From Tubiluchus corallicola (Eukaryota; Animalia; Priapulida): a stretch of 30,847 bases of DNA. Under the pieces are notes generated by a model. The model saw only the letters and a list, made by a program, of their open reading frames with translations. It did not search any database and was not told where the DNA came from. The position numbers were made by a program, and so were the translations under genes. Each line of letters begins with the position of its first letter. Within the stretch, counting starts at the first letter, position 1. Positions 15,214-26,119 of this stretch are shown one piece after another. Location: assembly GCA_030141605.1 (NCBI GenBank), contig JAQGDQ010001653.1, forward strand, positions 1 to 30,847. Reading direction: 5' to 3'.

Positions 15214-15244
<31 letters not shown>
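15050..15244 (+). mobile_element. Probable non-LTR retrotransposon 3' UTR with stem-loop and (CTTA)n tail
   Basis: Stem GAGAGGGTGGC (15054-15064) / GCCACCCTTTC (15091-15101), T-rich stretch, AATAAA at 15209, then (CTTA)n. Confidence 0.55.
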
Positions 15245-15664
15245 TGCTTTATAATCATGATGGGGCTTACTTCCGTCCTGATTTATTATAAATTTGTCTT
15301 TTTGGATATAAAAATGACGAGGAATACATGTGTTATGCAGTATCACCATCAATATTACCGCTTTTCTGTAACACACCACTAACACTTGGCTGGCATGAAT
15401 AGTTATAAGGATAACTGGAAAGCAAACGTGCATATGCAATTATATATGTTTAATGTTTTTGTAACCAGCACTTGCTGTTGTAGTTAGCGTAACACCTTCC
15501 TGCAGGTAAGTTGCTGGTGATAAAATGATGCAAAGTTCCAGCGATTGATGATGATCGTGAAAAGGTCAAAGGTTAAGTGTACCAGACAACGCATTTGTGG
15601 ACATTTGACAACACCTTGCAACCCATGCTACGGTAATAGCAACTTGTCTTTATTCACTTATGTA

Positions 15665-16865
15665 CCTATTTATTTATTATTAAATCTTTACTACATAAAA
15701 TTAAGCATTTTGATATACTTTGTAATATAAGTTCGTGCTGCCATCTAGTGCCTATCAAAAGACTTATTTTTGACTTATAGTCAACCCGAGAGTAACAACT
15801 GATTGATTTTGTCTTAGTTATTAATAAAATATTTGAGTCGAGTTGACTCTTAACATTATTTATTCATTAATTATTTATTTACTTACTTATTTCTTTATTT
15901 ATTTGTGTGTGTAGTTATTTATTACTAAATCTTTACTAGCTGTAATTAACCATTTTTGCGTACTATATTATAATTTGTATTAAAAGTTATGTTGTATTAT
16001 AAGTTCGTGCTGCCATCTAGTGCCGGTAAAAAGACATATTGTTGCCAGTCACATCGAGAGCACCAACTGTGTGATTTTGATTTTGTTATTAAGAGCAACA
16101 ACTTTATATTGACTCAAGATAAAAATTCTGAACAGAGTTAACTCTTAGCATTATTTATTTATTTATGTATGTATGTATGTATGTATGTATGTATGTATGT
16201 ATGTATGTATGTATGTATGTATGTATGTATGTATGTATGTATGTATGTATGTATGTATGCATGTATGCATGCATGTATGCATGCATGCATGTATGTATGT
16301 ATGTATGTATGTATGTATGTATGTATGTATGTATGTATGTATGTATGTATGTATGTATGTATGTATGTATGTATGTATGTATGTAGTATGTATGTAGTAT
16401 GTATGTATGTATGTATGTATGTATGTATGTATGTATGTATGTATGTATGTATGTATGTATGTATGTATGTATGTATGTATGTATGTATTATGTATGTATG
16501 TATCTATAGTATGTATGTATGTATGTATGTATGTATGTATGTATGTATGTATGTATGTATGTATGTATGTATGTATGTATGTATGTATGTATATATTATG
16601 TATTTATTTATTTATTTATTTACTTATTTATTTACTTATTTATTTATTTATGTATTTATTTATTTATTTTGTCCGTGTATTTAATTAATACTAAATCTTT
16701 ACTTATAACTGAGCATTTTGAGTGCAACGCGTTTTAAGTTCGTGCTGCCATCTAGTGCCTATAAAAAGACTCATTTCTGCCAGACAACTCAAGAGTAACA
16801 ACTGTTTGATGTTGATTTAGTTATTAAGTTGACTCTTAGCTTTCCTTTCATTACCAGCATTATTT
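15665..16865. repeat. Three copies of a ~270-bp unit, the last displaced by an (ATGT)n expansion
   Basis: AAGTTCGTGCTGCCATCTAGTGCC at 15729, 16001 and 16736, each preceded by TAAATCTT(T)ACT and followed by AAAAGAC...CAACTG...ACTCTTA. Confidence 0.9.
16165..16590. repeat. (ATGT)n microsatellite
   Basis: Directly visible. Confidence 0.98.
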
Positions 16866-16942
16866 AATGGAAGTTTGATTTATATAAATCTTAAATTGTA
16901 TTTTTCATGGTCGCCATTTTATATGCATGTGATTGACCATTC

Positions 16943-17215
16943 GTGTTGTTGTTGTCGTCGTCATCATCATCGTTATCGCTGTTGTTATTGTTGTAGTTGT
17001 TGTTGCTGCTGTTGTTGTTGTTGTTGCTGTTGTTGTTGTTGTTGTTGTTGTTTGTTGCTGTTGTTGTTGTCGTCGTCATTGTTGTTGTTGTCATTGTTGT
17101 TGTTCCCAGTGAAGAGAATAGTCGAGTGATCATGGCGTGTGCTGAGAGAGCAAAGTTAGGCTGTGTATTGAATAGGCACAAGTTCAAGGCTTACCAAACT
17201 AGTGAGTGTCGGTTA
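16943..17215 (+). repeat. (GTT)n tract followed by CAA/GTT-associated element, copy 3 (17095-17215)
   Basis: Matches 9665-9730 and the reverse complement of 10545-10650. Confidence 0.85.
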
Positions 17216-17624
17216 CAAAACTTGTTACTGTCAGTTACCAAACTAGTGAGTGTCGGTTACCAAACTTGTTAGTGTCGGTTACCTAACTGGTGAGTGTCGG
17301 TTACCAAACTGGTGATTGTCGGCTACCAAACAGGTGAGTGTCGGTTAACAAACTGGTGATTGTCGGCTACCAAACTGGTGAGTGTCGGTTACCAAACTGG
17401 TGAGTGTCGGTTACCAAACTGGTGAGTGTCGGTTACCTAACTGGTGAGTGTCGGTTACCAAACTGGTGATTGTCGGCTACCAAACTGGTGAGTGTCGGTT
17501 ACCAAACTGGTGAGTGTCAGTTACCTAACTGGTGAGTGTCGGTTACCAAACTGGTGAGTGTCGGTTACCAAACTGGTGATTGTCGGTTACCAAACTGGTT
17601 AGTGTCGGTTACCAAACTGGTGAG
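17191..17624. repeat. 22-bp minisatellite, about 20 copies
   Basis: Unit TTACCAAACTGGTGAGTGTCGG at 22-bp spacing from 17191. Confidence 0.97.
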
Positions 17625-17693
17625 GTTGTTGTTGTTGTTGTTGTCGTTACGCATTACAGTGGTACTTAAAAAGTACTGAAATTACAATTTAAA

Positions 17694-17770
17694 GCTCTTG
17701 TTGGTCTAAATGATTTGAGACGTCTACTTTGTAATCAGAAAGTTCGAGTTCAAATCCAGGCCGTGCACCA
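17694..17770 (+). mobile_element. tRNA-derived SINE head or degenerate tRNA pseudogene
   Basis: A-box-like TGGTCTAAATG (17702-17712), anticodon-loop-like TTTGTAA, B-box GAGTTCAAATCC (17746-17757), ending CACCA; stems do not pair; followed by AATAAA and CAA repeats. Confidence 0.55.
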
Positions 17771-18769
17771 CTTGCGCTAAATAAACAACAGTAACAACAA
17801 CAACAACAACAGCAGCAATGATGGTGGTGACAACGAAGATGGACCACATGGACCACAAATCCAACTTCTTTTAGACGTAATTTATGTTTTTCTATTCTAC
17901 AATCATCGTCATATTCCAAAATCACTATCACATCATAACAGACTTGACTGACAGACTGACTGACTGACTGACGTATTACGTGCGACTCGACTTCGTTTTA
18001 TCTGAAGCAAATAAAAGCTGTTTCTGCTAATCCAATGTCAAAAAATTTATTAATTGTTGTAATTAAAATGAATCATAATAATTATGACGAAATATGAAGA
18101 AATCAAATTTACATCTTTGCCACATCTTACTAACTTGCTAAAGAGAATTCGACTGACAAATTTTTGTGATAAAACGACACGACGTACTGAATAAAGATGA
18201 CTTCCCATCCTGTCTCCTATCCTAGCCAATGGCCTATTTCCTGTCCTAGCTCACCTGTCGACTAACAGCCCAATTGTACGAAAAACAAACACAAGATGGC
18301 ACCACGTGCTTATCAGCAAAACAGTGTTCCACCTTTTTACATACCCTGTTTTCAATTTTGTTGTAAAATTTAAGTAAATCTGTCTTTGCAAACGTCAAAA
18401 TATTAATCTTGAAGTTAAGCTTACAGTTTCCTAATAAATTTCAAGATTTCTTAAAAGATAAGAAAATGGAAAGTCATCTGTTTCTATATCTTTTAAAGAG
18501 GGGGGGGGGGTGATAACTTGTGATTTCAATTGCATGACAAGTTATATTGCTTGAGTTTTTTTATTAAATTTTCAAAATTTAAGTAATTTCTGAAATAATT
18601 GGTCCTTCAAGTTTTGTCAAAAATTCGTTCGGTTGTTTCATAAAAGTTTTCTTTGCATAAAACATTCCGAAAAATGTCGAAAAAACAGGCAAAACTGAAA
18701 TACTTGGACAAAATTTTGTACAGACCACAAATTATTACAAACAGCCCAAAGTAGTCTTTGTATGTGTGC

Positions 18770-19035
18770 TAGAACACCACAAACACTTGGACAAACTATC
18801 CTTTTTTTACAGCACACCACAAGCACTTAGGAAATATTGTCCAATATAAGACCTAACAAATCCTTTTTTGCAGCACACTACAAGTACTTAGGAAATGTTG
18901 TCATATATAAGACTTAACAATTCCTTTTTTGCAGTACAGTACGAGCACTTAGGAAACATTGGCCTATATAAGACCTGACAATTCTTTTTCCCCAGCACAC
19001 CACAATTACTTACGAATTCTTGTTCCATATAAATC
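18770..19035. repeat. Diverged ~61-bp tandem repeat, about 4 copies
   Basis: AGCACACCACAA-like motif at about 18811, 18872, 18933 and 18994, mostly followed by CACTTAGGAAA...TATAAGAC. Confidence 0.75.
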
Positions 19036-19261
19036 TCTATGTGTGGTGGCAACCACAGAAGAGAATGTAGAATATGTTTTTGCAACCGGTGATTTGCAGT
19101 TGCAGTTAGTGTAAAAGCTTCCTGTGACGAAGTTGCTGGTAAAGAATTTTTTTTTATTTTCCGTGATTTTTCACTGTGTTGGGAATAGATCATAATAACA
19201 GGAGAAACAACATCATTTTGGCTGTTAACACATGCTTCTGTCATAATAACAATTGTATATA

Positions 19262-19503
19262 TATACAATTACAATTTGGAAATATACAAAAAAACAAGAC
19301 ATATATATATATATGTATATATACATACATTTCAATTTTGAAGTATACAAAAACAGACATATATACAATTTCAATTTTGAAGTATACGAAAAACAGACAT
19401 ATACACAACTTTAATTTTGAAATATACAAAAAACAAGACATAAAAACAATTTCAATTTTGAAGTATACAAAAAACAGCCATATATCAAATTTCAATTTTG
19501 AAA
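19262..19503. repeat. ~40-bp minisatellite, about 6 copies
   Basis: Unit CAATTTCAATTTTGAAGTATACAAAAACAGACATATATA. Confidence 0.9.
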
Positions 19504-19778
19504 AGTAATATTATTATAGTGATACTTTATAGATAATGTGTATTCTATTATCATAGACACTAAAATAAAAAAAATAGTTTTGGATGGAATAACAACAACT
19601 AAAAGGGGAAGGAAAAAAGTTTTACTTCTTCATTCTCTCCTTTGCTCGGGTTTTTTTATTGTAGTTTTATTGTTTTATATGTATGTATAATGTATTTTAC
19701 ACTAATGTGTGCAAATTTTATGTAATAGTTATTTACCTCATTGCATAAATAAACACTTTTTAACTCATAGAATAATTG

Positions 19779-19890
19779 TTTAGTACAGAAACCGAATTGG
19801 TGGTCTGAAAGTAATTTGTTGTTGTTTACATATTTATCGATATGATTGTAAATCACTTTTTCAAAAAATTTTTACGAGAGATGAAGTATG
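19779..19890 (-). mobile_element. CR1/L2-group LINE reverse transcriptase fragment
   Basis: Translation KFFEKVIYNHIDKYVNNNKLLSDHQFGF matches the K.FEK...L...QFGF motif of non-LTR RT. Confidence 0.75.
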
Positions 19891-19933
19891 ACTGTTAGAT
19901 TACTGCTGATTGTTTACAATTATTAATAATTGT

Positions 19934-20495
19934 TTACTGAACAAATTTAGTGCATCGTCTGTTATTTGGATTAACATAAACATCTGCAGTTAAAGCCAGT
20001 ATCCAATCGTAAGCAGCACTAATGTTTGTATAGATGGCGTAGCGGACGTTTTGCGGACAATTCCGAACACCGCTCTTGACGACGCCATCTGTAATACGAG
20101 TGGCCCTCCAGAGTCACCGTAACATACATTTTCGTATCGCGTTGCCTCTTCGAATCCACCACACATTTCGTGATACGTGACATGGATGTTATCACGACTC
20201 TTACATCTTTCCTTATCAACAATTTCTACCCGAACTTCTTGCAAGACGGTTGCCGTCTCGAACGTAGTTGGATCGACCACCCCAAATCCAGTCGCCCACG
20301 CTCTAGAGCCAACTGCTGGCTCTCCGAAAAAATGTCCAGATCGAATAGAAATGGGTTTTATGAAGTTTGTGAAACGTACTGATTCTTGGAGTCGTATGAC
20401 AGCTATATCAATGGTAGGATGTAGGTAGTACGCAGCATAGGTCACATTCTTTTCATTACCATGTACCACATCAATATTGTTTTCCCCTAATGTGG
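19934..20495 (-). pseudogene. S1 (chymotrypsin-fold) serine protease, terminal exon, frameshifted
   Basis: Acceptor TTTTTTCAG at 20496, then TLGENNID...LHPTIDIAVIRL (Asp102)...WATGFG...LQEVRV...CYGDSGGPLV (Ser195). The canonical C-terminus GVVKSGVRNC...IYTNISAAYDWI continues in another frame from 20086 to a stop at 19936-19934. Confidence 0.85.
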
Positions 20496-20527
20496 CTGAA
20501 AAAAGAAAAAAATGGCAGTTTCAACTA

Positions 20528-20528
<1 letters not shown>

Positions 20529-20558
<30 letters not shown>

Positions 20559-20892
20559 TGTATGTATGTATGTATGTATGTATGTATGTATGTATGTATG
20601 TATGCATGCATGCATGTATGTATGTATGTATGTATGTATGTATGTATGTATGTATGTATGTATGTATGTATGTATGTATGTATGTATGTATGTATGTATG
20701 TATGTATGTATGTATGTATGTATGTATGTATGTATGTATGTATGTATGTATGTATGTATGTATGTAGTTTAATGACTAAAACAAGTTACATGTATACACG
20801 AGGAACGAGGTAAATGCCACTATCGATACATTAGTGATTTTAGTCCAGATTGTCACTTTACGTACATTTCCTACTCGAGGTTATAGCATTAA
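20529..20892 (-). mobile_element. Duplicate LINE 3' end with long (CATA)n tail (ATGT tract 20529-20765)
   Basis: About 20755-20892 is nearly identical to about 21695-21832. Confidence 0.75.
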
Positions 20893-20989
20893 CCCTTTCA
20901 GTCCCAAATTATTTTTTAATAAGAAAAAAAATGTGGCTTGGTAATTTCAACCAATATAACATCTATAAACAATCCCTTAGCATTCATTC

Positions 20990-21690
20990 TGACTGACGTA
21001 CATTCATCCATACATTCTTGATACCACTTTAAACAATAGAACATACAATTTAAAGCAAATTACAGTAAACAATAAATTTGGAAATAACTCTATATCAAAA
21101 CAGGCCATACATTTATGGAACTTACTACCCAGTGAAATAAAACAAATAGAATCTCTCCACCACTTTAAAAAGAAATTAAAAGAATATCAATATAACATGT
21201 TTCAACTTCCACATTGTGCATCTGATACTAATTACACAGACTCAACTTTCATTTACCCCCCCCCCGCCCCTGACTCCATAAAACGATTAAAAATGAATTT
21301 TTTTAAAAAAAATATATAATGTAATACGTGTTATGTTAGTTTTGTAATATCAAATGTATAAATAGTGTAAATGTAATGAGTGAAATTTATGTAATGTAAA
21401 GCATGTTTCTGTTAATTGTGTCATGTTAAATGTATATTGTGTAAAATATGTCATGTGAAATTTAATGTACTTTTGTAATATTGTTTTGTAATATGGTGTT
21501 TGTAAATATGTTCATTTATTGTATATAATTAGGCCTTAGTTTTGCACTTTAGTTTTTTTACTCAGCACTGGACGCATTTGTCTTGAACAGTGTTGTTATT
21601 TTAACATTACGCTGAGGCTTACTCAATTTTATTATAATGAGTAAACCATTTTAATGACAAATAAAAAATTATATATATATATATATATAT
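20990..21690 (+). mobile_element. CR1/L2-group (Crack/Daphne-like) LINE 3' fragment
   Basis: Translation NNKFGNNSISKQAIHLWNLLPSEIKQIESLHHFKKKLKEY (WN.LP...FK..LK motif; Trp codon 21116-21118), a T-rich UTR with stem CAGCACTG/CAGTGTTG, AATAAA near 21660 and a (TA)n tail. Confidence 0.75.
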
Positions 21691-21692
21691 AG

Positions 21693-22062
21693 TATGTATG
21701 TATGTAGTTTATTGACTAAAACAAGTTACATGTATACACGAGGAACGAGGTAAATGCCACAATCGATACATTAGTGATTTTAGTCCAGATTGTCACTTTA
21801 CGTACATTTCCTACTCGAGGTTATAGCATTAAAAACAGTGTTATGCATACAAGGTACATCAGCATAAAAGTTGCAAAATTTCATGACATATTATATAACA
21901 ATTAGTGTGCTCAAAGAAGTGAGTTAAATCAGCAAAGTTTACATTGTCGTAGCGGTTTCTAATATTTGATGTTAGGGGGCGTGTCTGTATCACGTGTTTC
22001 TCAGTTTGAATGTCCCCACAAGGACATAACCTATTTTCCCTTGGCTGTCTCGCCCATCTACC
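21693..22062 (-). mobile_element. RTEX-like LINE 3' fragment (zinc-knuckle C-terminus, UTR, (CATA) tail)
   Basis: 22062-21859 reads GRWARQPRENRLCPCGDIQTEKHVIQTRPLTSNIRNRY...stop, a degenerate CCHC knuckle typical of non-LTR ORF2 ends; then AATAAA-CTACATACATAC. Confidence 0.7.
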
Positions 22063-22155
22063 ATAATAATAATAATAATTATTATTATTATTATTATTAT
22101 TACTACTACTACTACTACTATTACTACTACTACTACTACTAAAAACGAAGGTTAG

Positions 22156-22756
22156 AGAAAGACAGGATGATTTTTTATATACTACCCCATTTTCATGTAT
22201 GGTAAAAGTTTACATTTTAACACAATTAATACTGTAAGACCGTTTCTGTTAATTAACTAATAGATTAAAATCTTAATTAATGGCGAGCGAGCCCAACTAA
22301 TGATGACGTCACAAACTAACATAATTTTCAACAGCAAAAATATTCCATGAACGTGTTGCACGTGATTGTGAAAGTGAAAATTGAAGTACAGTGCTACTGT
22401 AAGATATTCAGTGTGTTGTACTAAAACTAGGCAAGTTTTAAGATAAAAATTCAAATTTCTAATTAATCACTGTGTTCACGCATGAGCTGTCGAACGTGTC
22501 ACAAACGAACACATCTGAACTGAGATGTACAGCTCCTATTTTTGTGCAATGCGTTTCCGAAATTCGGGAGCCGGTGCCCATCTAACTAGAGAATGGCGAA
22601 ATGCACGTAACAGCGAAGAACTAGTGGTGCAAACGTGAAATTGTGTTTGTGTGATAATAATTCTTTCACGTAAGTCATTTTTAAATATTTTTCCTTTCAA
22701 TATTTTAAAGAGTAGATTGTTTTGACATGCAGTTTAAGATTGAGTCGGGTTTTGCT
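22156..22756 (+). mobile_element. Older copy of the Kolobok-like MITE
   Basis: Colinear with 2766-3339 (GGCGAGCGAGCCCAACTA, ATAATTCTTTCACGTAAGTCATTTTT, GATTGAGTCGGGTTTTGCT); decayed ends TTAG|AGAAAGACAGGA and CT|TTAC. Confidence 0.8.
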
Positions 22757-22761
22757 TTACA

Positions 22762-24225
22762 GCATACTAGCATACAGGATAATGTATACTAACCTATACT
22801 ACCCTGCAGGGTAATGTATACTAGCCTAAACTAGCCTACAAGATAATGTATACTAGCCTATAGTAGCCTACAGAATAATGTATACTAGCCTAAACTAGCC
22901 TACAAGATAATGTATACTAGCCATACTAACCTAGGGGTATACTAGCCTAAACTAGCCTACATGATAATGTATACTAGCCTATACGAGCCTACACGATAAT
23001 GTATACTTAACCCATACTTGCCCACAGGGTAATGTATACTAGCCTATACTAGCTTACAAGATAATGTATACTAGCCTATACTAGCCTACAAGATAATGTA
23101 TACTAACCCATACTAGCCCACAGGGTAATGTATACTAGCCTATACTGCCCTACAGGATAATGTATACTAGCCTATACTGCCCTACAGGATAATGTATACT
23201 AGCCTATACTACTCTACAAGAGAATGTATACTAACCTATACTACTCTACAAGAGAATGTATACTTAACCCATACTTGCCCACAGGGTAATGTATACTAGC
23301 CTATACTAGCTTTCAAGAGAATGTATACTAACCTATACTACTCTACAAGATAATGTATACTAACCTATACTACTCTACAAGATAATGTATACTAACCTGT
23401 ACTGCCCTACAGGATAATGTATACTAGCCTATACAGCCCCACAGGGTAATGTATACTAGCCTATACTAGCTTACAAGATAATGTATACTAGCCTATACTA
23501 GCCTACAAGATAATGTATACTAGCCTATACTGCCCTACAAGATAATGTATACTAACCTGTACTACTCTACAAGATAATGTATACTAACCCATACTTGCCC
23601 ACAGGGTAATGTATACTAGCCTATACTAGCTTTCAAGAGAATGTATACTAACCTATACTACTCTACAAGATAATGTATACTAACCTATACTACTCTACAA
23701 GATAATGTATACTAACCTATACTACTCTACAAGATAATGTATACTAACCTATACTACTCTACAAGATAATGTATACTAACCCATACTTGCCCACAGGGTA
23801 ATGTATACTAGCCTATACGAGCCTACATGATAATGTATACTAACCTATACTACTCTACAAGATAATGTATACTAACCCATACTTGCCCACAGGGTAATGT
23901 ATACTAACCTATACTACTCTACAAGATAATGTATACTAACCCATACTTGCCCACAGGGTAATGTATACTAGCCTATACTAGCCCACAGGGTAATGTATAC
24001 TAGCCTATACTAGCCCACAGGGTAATGTATACTAGCCTATACAGCCCCACAGGGTAATGTATACTAGCCTATACTAGCCTACAAGATCATGTATACTAGC
24101 CTATACTAGCCTACAAGATCATGTAGACTAGCCTATACTAGCCCACAGGGTAATGTATACTAGCCTACAGGATTATGTATTCTAGCCTATACTACCCTAC
24201 GGGATAATGTATACTAGCCTACACA
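22762..24225. repeat. 32-bp intronic minisatellite, about 45 copies
   Basis: Unit ATAATGTATACTAGCCTATACTAGCCTACAAG; TAATGTATACT at 22780, 22812, 22844 and onward. Confidence 0.97.
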
Positions 24226-24367
24226 GCCCTGTCTATGTCACAGTTTTTGTTTTCCTTGCTTAATTACTATTTTTACTAATCTTCGTTTTATATTATTTTC
24301 TTTCTGCACCTTTGTTCTCTTTCTTTAAGTTTTAAACATCAGTTCACGAGGAAAAGGGAATACAAAC

Positions 24368-25784
24368 CTCTTGGGCCTCTATATATTGGTATGCCTCCTG
24401 TATTCAGCGGTGTTTCAGGCAGAGAGGGTTGCTGAACTGGCTGCCCTCCCACTGAGGCAGCTTTTTCAGGTTTGTCTGGCGGAGAGCGTCCTGGATAAAC
24501 TGGTATGTTAGGCTCAGAGTCTTCTGGAGGCCCGGGAACTGCTGGAAATATGATGGGAAATTGTATGCCTCCTGTATTCAGTGATGTTTCAGGCAGAGAG
24601 GGTTGCTGAACTGGCTGCCCTCCCCGTATGATGGGAAATTGTATCCCTCCTGTATTCAGTGATGTTTCAGGCAAAAAGGGCTGTTGAACTGGCTGCCCTC
24701 CCACTGCTATTGGTATGCCTCCTGTATTCAGTGATGTTTCAGGCAAAAAGGGCTGTTGAACTGGCTGCCCTCCCACTGCTATTGGTTTACCTCCTGTATT
24801 CAGTGATGTTTCAGGCAAAAAGGGCTGTTGAACTGGCTGCCCTCCCACTGCTGTTGGTTTACCTCCTGTATTCAGTGTTGTTTCAGGCAAAAAGGGCTGT
24901 TGAACTGGCTGCCCTCCCACTGCTATTGGTTTACCTCCTGTATTCAGTGTTGTTTCAGGCAAAAAGGGCTGTTGAACTGGCTGCCCTCCCACTGCTATTG
25001 GTATGCCTCCTGTATTCAGTGGTGGGACTGGCAGAGAGGGTTGCTGAACTGGCCGCCCTCCCACTGCACGAGCCGTGACGGCAGATTGTGGCGGTCCAGG
25101 CGTCAAACCATCAGGAAGCTCTGGGCGTCTAGTATTTGGAGGCCTTTTTGTTGGAGTAGTGACCAGTGACCATTTGGGAGGTTGTAGAGTGGCCGTTTTG
25201 TTTAGCGTTGGTCGCACAACCTTTAAGCCTCCTATTACTGCAGGCCTGCTAACTCCTGAGTCACCTCTCCTGACGGGAACACCGGGCCCACTGCGCTCCC
25301 GTCCTGGCGCCAGAATATCCCGAAGTTCAGGACGTCTAGAATTTGGAGGCGTGGAAACTGTTGAACCACCTCTTACAATGGGAATACTGCCAACAGCGGG
25401 CGGCGTCTGAATCCCAAGAAATTCAGAACTTCTTGAAATTGGGGGGTTCTGTATTGGGGACTTTACTGAAATTCTTTGGCGTATTCTTGGATTCCGTTGT
25501 GTTGATGTCTGTCTTCCGCTTATGCCAGATCCTGCCCCTCTGACGCTTAGCGGAGACTGACTCCGACCTCCTCTCGAAGCACGCCTACTACTTTCAGGTC
25601 CTCTTCGGGCACTTGTGCCAATTTTTAGTGCAGTACCACGTCCAAAAGGTGCCGTTACTATAGATCTGCTATTGCTATCAATAGCTGTTGTGGGTCTTCT
25701 TTTACTGATTCCAAATTGGCCTGTACCAGTGGATAATATCGAGGATACGAACAGAATCAAGAACATGTTCAGAAAGTGCTCCAT
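24368..25784 (-). CDS. First coding exon of a secreted Pro/Gly/Arg-rich protein with 24-aa repeats; probable N-terminal extension of the serine protease
   Basis: 481-aa open frame, GC-rich relative to flanks; hydrophobic N-terminus MFLILFVSSILSTGTG; candidate phase-1 donor AG|GTTTGT at 24368/24367 (unspliced, the frame stops at 24339); candidate acceptor CCTAG 3 nt upstream of the ATG. Confidence 0.8.
24385..25065. repeat. 72-bp coding tandem repeat (GGQPVQQPFLPETSLNTGGIPIAV), about 8 copies
   Basis: CCTCCTGTATTCAG recurs at 72-75 bp spacing, with one copy separated by a unique linker. Confidence 0.95.
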
Positions 25785-25970
25785 GATCTAGGCGATAAAG
25801 TAACAAAAATTTTACAAATTATCAACGTCTGTTCAACGTCTGTATTTAAAAAATCCACATGGAGTCCCTATTGGTGCAGCATTTATTCTAGAGCCATTTG
25901 ATGCTTTTTCAAAAGTTCTTGCAGTTTGGGGATTTTTGTATATATTTGTTTCCACAATATATATGTTATG

Positions 25971-26006
<36 letters not shown>

Positions 26007-26119
26007 GTCTGTATTATATATAATATATAATATATATATATATATATTATTGTGGAAATATGAATATTAAAGCCTTTATTTGTTAACTGTATATTATGAA
26101 TAGGTTATTATAATTAGGT

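Noticed and set aside
17694-17770. Functional tRNA-Thr(TGT) gene
   Set aside because: Acceptor and anticodon stems do not pair; kept only as a SINE or pseudogene.
20089-20097. GT..AG micro-intron rescuing the protease frameshift
   Set aside because: 9 nt is too short to splice and would not change the frame.
16165-20813. MYVC-repeat ORFs
   Set aside because: Translations of (ATGT)n.
24659-25543. Plus-strand ORFs overlapping the Pro-rich exon
   Set aside because: Antisense shadows of the coding repeat.
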